This document shows positions 17,541-26,044 of a DNA stretch of 47,535 nt, in pieces (positions within the stretch are counted from its first letter, which is position 1; the number at the start of each line of letters is the position of its first letter). The translations under genes and the position numbers were made by a program. The stretch comes from a virus (lineage: Duplodnaviria; Caudoviricetes), in the IMG/VR virus record IMGVR_UViG_3300005764_000004, positions 1-47,535 of that record; one strand, given 5' to 3'. The notes under the pieces were generated by a model, which did no database searches, was not told where the DNA came from, and saw nothing but the letters and a program-made list of their open reading frames with translations.

Positions 17541-18162
17541 GGCCGTGGCCTCGCCGGCCGACGCGATCGCCTACATCGCCTTCTGCATCGGCTGGGGCGG
17601 CGGCGAGATCCCGCTGTTCGCGGACCGCCGGCCGCGCCCGCGCGCCTACTTCAACGGCGACGCCGGGACACGGCTTCACCGGCTCGCGGAGCGCTTGGAT
17701 ATGCGCGAGTCAGTGCAGCTGGAGATCGGGCTGCCCGAGCGCGAGCACGGCCTCGGCCCGTCGCAGAGCACCGTCCTGTGGGCGTGGCTCGAGCAGAAAG
17801 ATTCTGTCGTGCGCGCGGCCCGGCGCTTTCGCCCGCCGCCCGCGATCGTGCTGCGCATGGGCTTGAGCTGCCGGCGGCTGTGTATCTGGCCGCTGCGCGA
17901 GGTCCTCCCGTGGGCGCTGGTGGAGGGCGCCAACAAGCGGATCGCCTACGCCCTGCACGCGCCGCAGAAGTACGCGCTGCCCGAGGCGCTGCGGATCCCG
18001 CTCCCGGGCACCTTCCTGCGCCTCGGGCGCTCGCGCCCGGCGCCCGTGCTCGTCACGCGCCTGGAGCTCGACAGCTACGGGCGCGAGGCGGTCACGGGAC
18101 GGCTACGGGATCCGCCGCCGCCGTGGATTCAGCGCCAGCGCGAAAGCGGCGCCTGGCGCTGA
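17530..18162 (+). CDS. RepB'-type primase-like domain protein, apparently degenerate
   Basis: LWAWLE..PPPAIVL.MG..CIW.L.E...E.ANKRIA.AL...RIPLPGT resembles RepB primase motif spacing. Confidence 0.55.
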   Translation: MSIRAVASPADAIAYIAFCIGWGGGEIPLFADRRPRPRAYFNGDAGTRLHRLAERLDMRESVQLEIGLPEREHGLGPSQSTVLWAWLEQKDSVVRAARRFRPPPAIVLRMGLSCRRLCIWPLREVLPWALVEGANKRIAYALHAPQKYALPEALRIPLPGTFLRLGRSRPAPVLVTRLELDSYGREAVTGRLRDPPPPWIQRQRESGAWR

Positions 18163-18267
18163 TACGCTCGCGCCGGGGCGGCGCCAGGCCGACGCTCAAA
18201 CCGCTCTGTTGAGCCGCCCCGCTTTCCAGCGGAGCGTCTGTCCGCTCGCGGTGTAAGGTTTGCGCTC

Positions 18268-18795
18268 GTGGCGACGGTCACGGTTTCCAACGCGCCCTCC
18301 CTCGGCTTTCCGGTCGGCACGAAAGTCAAAGCGTATGCGCTGAAAGGTGCCAACACGGTCACGCCGGCGAGCGGGCCGTTCCCGGGCGCGGTGGTCGAAG
18401 AACCGGCCGTCGCGGCCGGCGGGGAACTCGTCTACACGACCCTCGTGGAAGGCACCTTCTACGGCCTGGCGGCCGAAGTCGCCGGCGTGTGGCGCTACCT
18501 GCACATCTACCCGGACCCGATCTCCGAAATAGGCATCGTGGTCGCCACCGGCTACCGCACCAAGGAGGGCACGAACGCCAAGATGGGCACCGGGACGCTC
18601 GCCTCGGGCAAAGCGACGATCGCCACCACGGCCGTCGCCGCGACAAGCCGCGTCTTTCTGCAGCGCACCGGCGCGATCGCGGCTGGCGGCGCGCTGAGTG
18701 TGATCTCGATCAACGCGGGTGTCTCCTTCAACGTCGAATCGCTCAGCGGCACCGACGCCGGCACCTTCAATTGGGAGATCAAAGACCCGGCCTAG
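18268..18795 (+). CDS. Virion fibre/decoration protein, shared N-domain paralog 1
   Basis: FPVGTKV..AEVAGVWRYL N-domain; beta-rich C-domain. Confidence 0.7.
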   Translation: MATVTVSNAPSLGFPVGTKVKAYALKGANTVTPASGPFPGAVVEEPAVAAGGELVYTTLVEGTFYGLAAEVAGVWRYLHIYPDPISEIGIVVATGYRTKEGTNAKMGTGTLASGKATIATTAVAATSRVFLQRTGAIAAGGALSVISINAGVSFNVESLSGTDAGTFNWEIKDPA

Positions 18796-18808
18796 CGGGG
18801 CTTCGACG

Positions 18809-19123
18809 GTGGCGACGGTCGCCTTTCATCCCGACATGCAGCAGATGCCGGCGACCACGAAAGTCAAGCTGTTCGCGCTGCCCACGCCGCGCTCGGGCGA
18901 GACTCGGCGCTTCGTGCTCGGCAACCCCGAATCGTGGGCGGCGCCCGTCCTCACGAAAATCGCCGAACCGGAAGTGAACGCCGCGGGTGAACTGCCCGTG
19001 CTGATCGGCACCGGCGCGGGCGAACTGCCCCCGGGCAAACCGGGACTCCTCGCCGCGGAAGTGGCTGGCGTGTGGCGCTACCTCGTGATCCGCCAGCCGA
19101 ATCCGGGGAGTGAACCGCTATAG
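18809..19123 (+). CDS. Shared N-domain paralog 2 (domain only)
   Basis: MATVAFHPD...AAEVAGVWRYL. Confidence 0.7.
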   Translation: MATVAFHPDMQQMPATTKVKLFALPTPRSGETRRFVLGNPESWAAPVLTKIAEPEVNAAGELPVLIGTGAGELPPGKPGLLAAEVAGVWRYLVIRQPNPGSEPL

Positions 19124-19713
19124 CCGAAGCGGTCCTTCACCCGGATCCGCAGCTGTTCCCGGTCGCCACGACCGTGAAGATCAAGCTGGCGCCCACGGCC
19201 GGCGGGCGCCTCGTCGGCGAACCGCCGGGTACGACGCTCTCCGAACCGACAGTGGCGAGCGCCGGCACGCTGACCGTCACGGGGATAAGCGAAGGCGTGC
19301 GCTATGTCGGCTGGGCCAACGTCGCCGGCACCGACCACTACCTCGGCTTCCAGGCTGACGTCGCGAGCTCCGGCGCTGCCAGCGGCATCGGCCCGTGGAC
19401 TGCGATCGGCATGAACACACCGAAAGCCGAAGCTGGCGCCCGGACTCCCGAATGGGCGGAAATGGGCACCAACCGGATCATTCTCAAAGGCCGCATAAAA
19501 ATCAAAGAACTCACCAAAAACGGGGAAGCGCTCTCGGTCGCGAAAGCCCTGCCCGCGCCGCTCGTGGGCTGCAACCTGACGGGCACCAACGCGAGCACCA
19601 CCACGCCAGCGGCGAAGCTGTATGAAGTCAACACCGAAGGCACGCTCCTCGCCCGCAGCGAAACCAATAACGAAGACATCTCGCTCGAAGGGCTGAGCTA
19701 CTTCACGAAATAG
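19120..19713 (+). CDS. Shared N-domain paralog 3 with fibre-like C-domain (probable ATA start; first canonical start 19174)
   Basis: Homology to paralog 2 extends upstream to ATA 19120; GGGGAG SD at 19105-19110. Confidence 0.65.
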   Translation: MAEAVLHPDPQLFPVATTVKIKLAPTAGGRLVGEPPGTTLSEPTVASAGTLTVTGISEGVRYVGWANVAGTDHYLGFQADVASSGAASGIGPWTAIGMNTPKAEAGARTPEWAEMGTNRIILKGRIKIKELTKNGEALSVAKALPAPLVGCNLTGTNASTTTPAAKLYEVNTEGTLLARSETNNEDISLEGLSYFTK

Positions 19714-19723
19714 GAAGGCGCTC

Positions 19724-20032
19724 ATGGCATCGGCCACGCTGAAAATCAACCGCTCGGACCGCTACCCGGTTGGCACCGTCGTCTACGCCTACCCGAAGAC
19801 CAGCCGCATCTACAGCTCCAAACCGCCCGGGACCGCGCTCGCCAACGCGACCGTCGCCGCCGATGGCTCGCTGACCTTCTCGACGCTGAATGAACGCGAA
19901 CAGGTCGTGCTCTGGGCCGAAGTCGGCGGTGAATCGCGCTACCTCGGCGTGGAAGGCCCGCCCGCGGCGCCCCCGCCCAAGCAGACCCTTCAGCAGCGCA
20001 TCGCTGCCAGGCGCACGGCCATAGGCGCCTAA
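19724..20032 (+). CDS. Shared N-domain paralog 4
   Basis: YPVGTVVYAY...WAEVGGESRYL. Confidence 0.7.
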   Translation: MASATLKINRSDRYPVGTVVYAYPKTSRIYSSKPPGTALANATVAADGSLTFSTLNEREQVVLWAEVGGESRYLGVEGPPAAPPPKQTLQQRIAARRTAIGA

Positions 20033-20038
20033 GTCGCC

Positions 20039-22399
20039 TTGAGCGTCACGGCGGAAATCACCGCCAGCCCGACCTTCCCGGCCGGCACCCTCGTCGGGAT
20101 CTACGAACAGCGCTTCTACCCGGGCCACACGCCGATCACGGGCAAGCCGCCGGGCGTCGCGCCCGTCAAAACGGCCACCGTGCTCTCAAACGGCGAGCTG
20201 ATGGTCCCCGGCTGTGAGCCCGAACGCCAGTACATAGCGGGCGCCGAAGTCCAGGAATGGCGCTACATCAGCTTCATCGCGCCGCCCGCGCCCGCCGGCG
20301 GCGCGGCGACCCCCGAAGAAGTGGAACGGCTGATCCACGAAGCCGAAGTGCGCGGCGAACAGCGGGCGCGCGAAGGGCCGCCGTGGTACATGGCGACCGC
20401 CAACCCGGGCGTCGATATGACCGGCGCCGCCGACTCGGGCACGGCGCTCATGACCGCGGCGCAGAGCGCGATCAACAAGAAACTCGGGCTGATGATCCCC
20501 GGCGGCGCGCTGCTGCTCAACAGCACGCCGTTTGACACCTCGCTCCTTGACTTCTCGCCCGTGGAAAAAGGCGGCGCGATCAGCTGGGAAATCTACTGCT
20601 CGGCCTCGCTGCGGATCCGAGGCGGCGCGCTGACCGGCACCAAACCCGTGATCTCCCTGAACGCGCCGCCGGGCAAGTTCTTCACCTCCTGCCGCTTCTG
20701 GCTGCCGCTCATCGAAGGCTATGAACACTCTGGCCCGGGCGTCCTCTTGCGCGCGATGGTCGACTCGTTCCTTGAAATCGGGGGGATCTACTTCGCCGGC
20801 AAAGGGCTCTGGATGGAGGGCATCGTGCCCGGCCTGACCCAGCCGTGCGGCAACAACGAGGTTCACCTGCAGGCCAGCGTGGCGAACACGATCGGCGTGC
20901 ACCTGGAGTCCGTCAACGAATCCGCGCAATGCACCGCCAACAGCCTCTACCTGGGCCAGATCAACGCGAACGCGATCGCCGTCCAGACCGACTCGGAAAC
21001 CGCTCTGGGCTCCGAACGCCAGTCGCGCGAGAACTTCATTCAGATACGCGCGCAGGAGATCAACGAAGTCGTCTGCGGCTCGCTGGACTTCGCGCCCTCA
21101 AACAAATGGCAGATCGACTACTCCGAGCAGAACGGCCCGAGTCGCCTCGGCCCGGGCTACATCGTGGGCAACGGTATGCCCTCGCCGGGGCCGGCGTACG
21201 TGCGCGGCTTCATCACCGATGGACTCATCAACGGCGAACTGCAGATCGGTGGGGAACCGATGAACCTCATTCACCTCCCCGAACACGGCTGCGACATTCT
21301 CAACTCGGCACTCGAAGCGGGCAAAGTGCCCGGTATTGAACCGAACGTTTTGCCCGCGTCCGGCGAACCGTTCGTGAACCGCTACGAACGGCCGCTGAAA
21401 CTCTACATAGCACCGAGCGCCGGCAACCCGCAGGGCTCGCAGACGTTTGTGACGATCAACGGCATCAACTATCCGATCACCGCGCCGATCCCGGAAAACG
21501 AACTCACGACGATCCCGCGCAAAAAGGAAACCCTGAAAGTCGGCGCGGAAAAAAACGTCAGCTTCCTCGCGCTCACGGGAGCTCGTCAGAAAGGCTGGTA
21601 CATCGGGCGCCAGGTCAAGGTCCTCGGCGGCAGCAAAGGCGGCACCGCGGGCGGCGCGCTCACGGTCGGCAGCACCTACTACATAGCCACCGGCAGCGGC
21701 ATCGGCGCGCACTCCTTTGCGATCACGGCCACCGAAACCGGGGCCGGGATCGCGATGAAAGAAACCGAAGAACTCGAACTGGAAGTGCTCCCGGACAAAC
21801 CGTCGATCACGAGCGGCTCGAACAGACTCGTCCAGGCGCATGCGCTCCGCGACGGCTACTACTCGAACGTCGTCGGAGCCGTGAACACCGGCGCGCGCTT
21901 GGTCAAGCTGCTCGGCGGCTCGGGTGGCGGGACGGCCGGCGGGAAACTGACGATGGGCAACACCTACTTCATCAAAGCAATGGGCGAAGAAAAACAGAAA
22001 GGTGAAGTGAGCGTGGGCTCCAAGGTGATGAAAGGGCTCACGAGCACGGCGAAAATGCACGAAGGCGAAACGCGGATTACCGCCGGGCCGAACGTGATCC
22101 CGAACGCCGTCGTGGCGAAAATCCTGAGCGCGACCGAAATCGAAATGAACTACGCCTCGGTGAGCGGCGGCAGCGGCACCGAATACACGTTTATGAACCC
22201 GGGCGAATACACGATCTCGGCGAGTGAACGGAGTGCCGCGATCGTGATGGCCGCCACCGAAGAACTTGAAATGGAGCTGCTCGTCTCGACCGTGCGCGGC
22301 GCCTATGCGCAGTATTTCGACATGCTGCCGGGCCAGGTCATGATCCCGACCTACGAAACGCTCCTGCGCCCGGCCATGCGCCTGGTGCTCGGCGCGTAG
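20039..22399 (+). CDS. Tailspike/receptor-binding protein (shared N-domain, beta-helix, repeated C-domains)
   Basis: FPAGTLV..AEVQEWRY; GVD.TG.ADS..AL..A pectate-lyase-like start; Asn/Gly-rich. Confidence 0.75.
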   Translation: MSVTAEITASPTFPAGTLVGIYEQRFYPGHTPITGKPPGVAPVKTATVLSNGELMVPGCEPERQYIAGAEVQEWRYISFIAPPAPAGGAATPEEVERLIHEAEVRGEQRAREGPPWYMATANPGVDMTGAADSGTALMTAAQSAINKKLGLMIPGGALLLNSTPFDTSLLDFSPVEKGGAISWEIYCSASLRIRGGALTGTKPVISLNAPPGKFFTSCRFWLPLIEGYEHSGPGVLLRAMVDSFLEIGGIYFAGKGLWMEGIVPGLTQPCGNNEVHLQASVANTIGVHLESVNESAQCTANSLYLGQINANAIAVQTDSETALGSERQSRENFIQIRAQEINEVVCGSLDFAPSNKWQIDYSEQNGPSRLGPGYIVGNGMPSPGPAYVRGFITDGLINGELQIGGEPMNLIHLPEHGCDILNSALEAGKVPGIEPNVLPASGEPFVNRYERPLKLYIAPSAGNPQGSQTFVTINGINYPITAPIPENELTTIPRKKETLKVGAEKNVSFLALTGARQKGWYIGRQVKVLGGSKGGTAGGALTVGSTYYIATGSGIGAHSFAITATETGAGIAMKETEELELEVLPDKPSITSGSNRLVQAHALRDGYYSNVVGAVNTGARLVKLLGGSGGGTAGGKLTMGNTYFIKAMGEEKQKGEVSVGSKVMKGLTSTAKMHEGETRITAGPNVIPNAVVAKILSATEIEMNYASVSGGSGTEYTFMNPGEYTISASERSAAIVMAATEELEMELLVSTVRGAYAQYFDMLPGQVMIPTYETLLRPAMRLVLGA

Positions 22400-22420
22400 C
22401 GTGCGGCGCCCGGCAATCCC

Positions 22421-22666
22421 TCAGCGCCGGCGCAGGCGATGCCCGGCGTTCCAGCCGGCTTCGCGCTCGAGCCACGCCTTGACCTCGCTCGCGCTCCAGA
22501 GCTCGGTCAGGCCGCCTTTGCCCGTGAAGCTCAGCACGGGCGCCGGGAAGTCCCGACGCCGGCGCCAGTCGCGCACGGTGTTGCCCTGCGCGCCGCAGAG
22601 CTCGACCACTTGGCCGAACGTGAGGATCTCGCGCTGTATGCGGCGCCAGTCGATCGGCTCAGGCAT
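22421..22666 (-). CDS. AlpA/excisionase-like HTH DNA-binding protein
   Basis: LTFGQVVELCG....TVRDWRRR.DFPAPV...LW...EV.AW. Confidence 0.8.
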   Translation of the reverse strand: MPEPIDWRRIQREILTFGQVVELCGAQGNTVRDWRRRRDFPAPVLSFTGKGGLTELWSASEVKAWLEREAGWNAGHRLRRR

Positions 22667-22713
22667 GGCCGTGTGCGTATTCCCGCAGGAGTCGGCGCCG
22701 GTTGCGGCGTGCC

Positions 22714-23100
22714 CTAGCTGGCATGCGGCGGCGCTTCCTGCGGCGGGATGCTGCCCTCGTCGGGGAAGCGCTCCGGCGCCTGCGCGAGCGCGGTGTAGGC
22801 GCGGCGCATCGGCTCCGACGCGGAGCGCTGTCGGTGATCCTCGCCCGGGAGATCGCGCACGTAGGCATAGAGTCCCTCGAGCGCGTCGTGCAGCTCGTGA
22901 TCGAGCGCGCCCTCAAAGACTCCCTCGTGGTCGCTGCGCACCGCGGCCGCCATGATCGGGTGCCCGCTGAGCTCCGCCCATAGCGCGGCGCCGGCCTTCT
23001 CGCGTTCGCGGCGCATCGGCTCGTCGCCGGCGGTTTCCACGAAGATCCGGAGCGCGTCCTCGAGCGTTTCGCGCCCGTCCGGGGTGAGTCGTATCGGCAT
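22714..23100 (-). CDS. Early hypothetical protein (128 aa)
   Basis: ATG 6 nt after the conserved RBS motif. Confidence 0.7.
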   Translation of the reverse strand: MPIRLTPDGRETLEDALRIFVETAGDEPMRREREKAGAALWAELSGHPIMAAAVRSDHEGVFEGALDHELHDALEGLYAYVRDLPGEDHRQRSASEPMRRAYTALAQAPERFPDEGSIPPQEAPPHAS

Positions 23101-23183
23101 GGTCTTGTCCTTTCGTCCTGCGGGCGGCGTATCCGATCCCGCTCGCAGGCGTCGCTCGCACGGCGCCCGCGGCCGGGTGTCGG
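23101..23183 (-). repeat. Early leader element copy 1 (hairpin plus extended RBS)
   Basis: CGGCCGCGGGCGCC-loop-GACGCCTGCGAGCG..TACGC..ACGAAAGGACAA. Confidence 0.8.
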
Positions 23184-23516
23184 CTAGAGCTCGGCTATGT
23201 CCACGCTCACGTTCCACGGCAGGGCGTCGTCCAGCGCTCGCTGCCAACGCGACCAATGGTCTGGCCACGCGCCGATCTCGTTCCACTCCGTCACGGCTGC
23301 CTTACAGACTGCCGCGATCTTCTCGGGGTCGCGGGTCTTGATCGCCCGCGTGAGTGCTGCCTTCTGCGCCGGTCCTACGCGGCGCATGCGGTCGTAGTCG
23401 ATCCGCCTCGGCGCCGGCGCTGCCGCCTGGCGCGCTAGCGCCTGCTCGATAAGGCTCGCCTGTGGCCCGTCGTGCGGCGCCTGTGCGCCTGCGGCGCCCG
23501 TGTCCTTGTCGGTCAT
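23184..23516 (-). CDS. Early hypothetical protein (110 aa)
   Basis: RBS motif upstream; QKAALTRA and WPDHWSRWQRALDD segments. Confidence 0.75.
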   Translation of the reverse strand: MTDKDTGAAGAQAPHDGPQASLIEQALARQAAAPAPRRIDYDRMRRVGPAQKAALTRAIKTRDPEKIAAVCKAAVTEWNEIGAWPDHWSRWQRALDDALPWNVSVDIAEL

Positions 23517-23661
23517 CGTCCTGTCCTTTCGTTCCGTTAGGAGGCGATTGTGTGCCTCTCTCGTTCTGTCCTATCGAGCGTAGCCCGTCGAGCTCCGCTC
23601 GCCAGCGTCGCGCGGTGCCGAGCAATCCCGGGCGTTCCACGCGGCGCCAGCGGCCGGATCC
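23517..23661 (-). repeat. Early leader element copy 2 (long-loop hairpin 23590-23661, RBS 23522-23536)
   Basis: Same conserved arms with a larger apical region. Confidence 0.75.
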
Positions 23662-23817
23662 CTAGTGCGTCACGATCGCCCAGATCACGACAAACGCCAC
23701 CGGCACGCTGAGCCAGAGCGTCCACGGGTGCTTGATCGCGCCTATCACGCCGATCAGCGCCAGGATCATCAGCGGCAGCCGTTCGGACTCGAAGTCCATG
23801 CTCCGCCAGCCGCTCAT
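23662..23817 (-). CDS. Small two-TM membrane protein (51 aa)
   Basis: ATGA overlap with the DUF3560 stop; GAGG SD. Confidence 0.65.
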   Translation of the reverse strand: MSGWRSMDFESERLPLMILALIGVIGAIKHPWTLWLSVPVAFVVIWAIVTH

Positions 23818-24533
23818 GCTGCCTCGCCTCTCTGGCACGGCGTCTCGCACCGCGCGCCGGCCTGCTTGCTGTACCGGATCGTCTGCCCGCGCTCGAGCTC
23901 CGCGCCGCAGTCGGCACACTTGCCGGCGTAGCGCGCCGTGATCGTGCGATCGCGTGCCGCGTTGGCTTGCTGTACGGGCACGAGCTCGAGCCGTTTCCGC
24001 AACCGGGAGATATTCCCCGAGAGGTTCTCGAGCTCGTAGCGCGGGAACGCGCCCGCGTTGTCAAACCCGATCGAGCAGGAGTGCAGCAGATCCTCGCGCT
24101 CGAGCTCGGTCAGGATCGAGAGATCCCCGGGCTTCTCCGGCGCCGTCTTGCGTGCGCTCGCGTTGTAGCGCTTGATCCGCTCGCGCTTGGCCTCGAGCTC
24201 GGCTATGCGCTCGCGCAGCCGCTCGAGCGCGTCGGGGTCGTCGCGATAGATCGCGCGGTCTGCCTGCGCCTCGATCGTGTCCGCGCTCGAGCTCATGCGC
24301 TCCGCGGTCTTAGCGTTTTCAGCGCTGCGCCCTAGCGCGTCCCAGGCAGCATCGCGGCGCCGTCTGTCGGCCCGCTCTGAGTGATGCCCGACTAGGATCG
24401 GCTGCCCGAACGGGATAGGGTCGAGCAGCTCGTGCGAGCGCGCGAGCTCCGCGGAGCTCTTCGCTTCGCGTTTATCCGCCCAGCCGCGCAGCCGCTCGGC
24501 TCGCGCTTCTCGGCGTTCTCGGTAGGTGGTCAT
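23814..24533 (-). CDS. DUF3560-domain protein with C-terminal Zn ribbon
   Basis: IPFGQPILVGHHSE signature; ARYAGKC..CG. Confidence 0.85.
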   Translation of the reverse strand: MTTYRERREARAERLRGWADKREAKSSAELARSHELLDPIPFGQPILVGHHSERADRRRRDAAWDALGRSAENAKTAERMSSSADTIEAQADRAIYRDDPDALERLRERIAELEAKRERIKRYNASARKTAPEKPGDLSILTELEREDLLHSCSIGFDNAGAFPRYELENLSGNISRLRKRLELVPVQQANAARDRTITARYAGKCADCGAELERGQTIRYSKQAGARCETPCQRGEAA

Positions 24534-24619
24534 GGTCGATCGGTCGTCCTTTCGTTCCGTTGGCGTACCGTGCGGCACGCTCGCAGGCGCCGCCGAGCGG
24601 CGCCTGCGGCCGTACGCGC
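24534..24619 (-). repeat. Early leader element copy 3
   Basis: Perfect upper stem CGCAGGCGCCGC/GCGGCGCCTGCG; RBS at 24546-24559. Confidence 0.8.
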
Positions 24620-25492
24620 TCAGTCCTTGCAAGCGCCTTCGAGCTCCCGCGCGATCCCATCGACGAGCTCGGCCCGCTTGCGAATCGCGTCGAGCTCGCC
24701 CGACTCGCCCCAATGCGCGACATACGGCACGGCTTCGCCGCTCGTGTCCAGCCCGATCGCGCCGGCAGCGATAAACGCGGCCGTCTCGGCGATTACCTCC
24801 GCGCACTCGCGCCCGCCCACGTCGACCATACGCGCGCCGCGCGCGTGCGCGAGCTCGTGTAGGAGCGTGCGCAGCACGCGGTTAGGTGCCTCGAGGCGCT
24901 CCGCGATCACTACCCGCGGGCGCTCGTCGCGCTCGGAGTAGTAGCCGCCAGCGCTCTCGAGCGGCTCGCGCTCGATTGCGATTCCATGCGCCCGCGCCCA
25001 CGCTTCCAGGCGCGGCACGTAGGCCGCGTGGCTGTCCCCGTCGATCGGCTCGCGGGGGATCTCGGGCAGCGGCTCGCCGTCAGTCTGGGAGATGTCAAAC
25101 ACCGACACCGAGCGGAATAGGACCCGCGGCCCGTCCTCGCTGCGCTCAGCTGGCTCGCGGCCGGCGCGGAGCTCGCGCCGCTCGTCCTTCTCGCCGCCCA
25201 CGACCATCGGCGCCAGTATCCGGATCCCGTGCTGGCCCTTGCGGACCTGGCGGCCGAGCTCGCGCCAGTGGTGGAAACCCGCCACGTGCGTCGCCTCTGG
25301 ACACTGCATCGCTATCAGCATGCAATTGCCGAGGGAGTAGTCATGGAAGCTGGCCCGTGTCTCGGCCCACTGGCGCCAGCCATCGGAGCTCAGGAGCGCC
25401 CGCGCTGCCCGCTCAAGATCCTCCCGCTGTTGCGCTCGCTTCGCGGCCCGATACTCGGCCCGCTCCGCGTCGCTGAATGTCTTACGTGCCAT
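24620..25492 (-). CDS. ArdC-like ssDNA-binding/antirestriction protein with metallopeptidase-like domain
   Basis: YS.GN.MLI..Q.PEATHVAGF..W.ELGRQVRKG; VFDISQT; HELAH..E. Confidence 0.88.
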   Translation of the reverse strand: MARKTFSDAERAEYRAAKRAQQREDLERAARALLSSDGWRQWAETRASFHDYSLGNCMLIAMQCPEATHVAGFHHWRELGRQVRKGQHGIRILAPMVVGGEKDERRELRAGREPAERSEDGPRVLFRSVSVFDISQTDGEPLPEIPREPIDGDSHAAYVPRLEAWARAHGIAIEREPLESAGGYYSERDERPRVVIAERLEAPNRVLRTLLHELAHARGARMVDVGGRECAEVIAETAAFIAAGAIGLDTSGEAVPYVAHWGESGELDAIRKRAELVDGIARELEGACKD

Positions 25493-25576
25493 TGCTGGTT
25501 GTCCTTTCGTTCCGCGTCCCGGGGGTATCCGGACCGCTCGCAGACGTCCCAGCGGGGCGCCCGCGGCCGGCCGCGG
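25493..25576 (-). repeat. Early leader element copy 4
   Basis: Hairpin 25529-25576; RBS 25499-25516. Confidence 0.8.
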
Positions 25577-25810
25577 CTAGCTGCCAAAGATGCTCGAGAG
25601 GATCGCGCCCGTCTCGCCCGCCTCGAGTATCCGCTCGACTGCCTGCGAGGCATTGCGGAGGTACATGCCCAGCGCGTGAATGTCGCCCGCGTTGATCTCG
25701 CCGCCCTCCTGCGCTCGAGCCGCTAGGTCGAGCGCGAATCCCTGCGCCGCGGCAGCCTTACCCGCTACGTGCGCGAGCTCGGTTGCCGCCTCTGTCCTGG
25801 TCATGGTCAT
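25577..25810 (-). CDS. Early hypothetical protein (77 aa)
   Basis: RBS motif at 25816-25830. Confidence 0.7.
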   Translation of the reverse strand: MTMTRTEAATELAHVAGKAAAAQGFALDLAARAQEGGEINAGDIHALGMYLRNASQAVERILEAGETGAILSSIFGS

Positions 25811-25843
25811 GTCTCTGTCCTTTCGTTCCGGTTGCGCTCGGGC

Positions 25844-26044
25844 TCAGGAGGGCTCGAGTTCTGTTTGATCGTCTAGCGCCGCGAGCGCCGCGAGCATGTC
25901 GGTCTGTCCCTCGAGCTGCGCCGGCGCGGGCTCGAATAGCCGCATGCGTTCGCTCTGCGGCGCGAGCTCGTGCGCGCGACCGTCTAGGTCCAGCTGGGCC
26001 GCCAGTGGCGCCAGCGCTCGATTCTGTGGCTCTGGGGAGCTCAT
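25844..26044 (-). CDS. Early hypothetical protein (66 aa)
   Basis: ATGA coupling. Confidence 0.6.
   Translation of the reverse strand: MSSPEPQNRALAPLAAQLDLDGRAHELAPQSERMRLFEPAPAQLEGQTDMLAALAALDDQTELEPS

Noticed and set aside
20432-20462. DSGTALMTAA in the tailspike matching the small-protein motif
   Set aside because: It occupies the usual D-x-T-x-A-(I/L)-Q-x-A helix position of beta-helix tailspikes; likely coincidence.
23133-25576. Bona fide integron attC cassettes
   Set aside because: No RYYYAAC/GTTRRRY boxes, the recombinase appears to lack the IntI-specific insertion, and wobble pairs mostly favour the mRNA strand; kept only as a speculative alternative.
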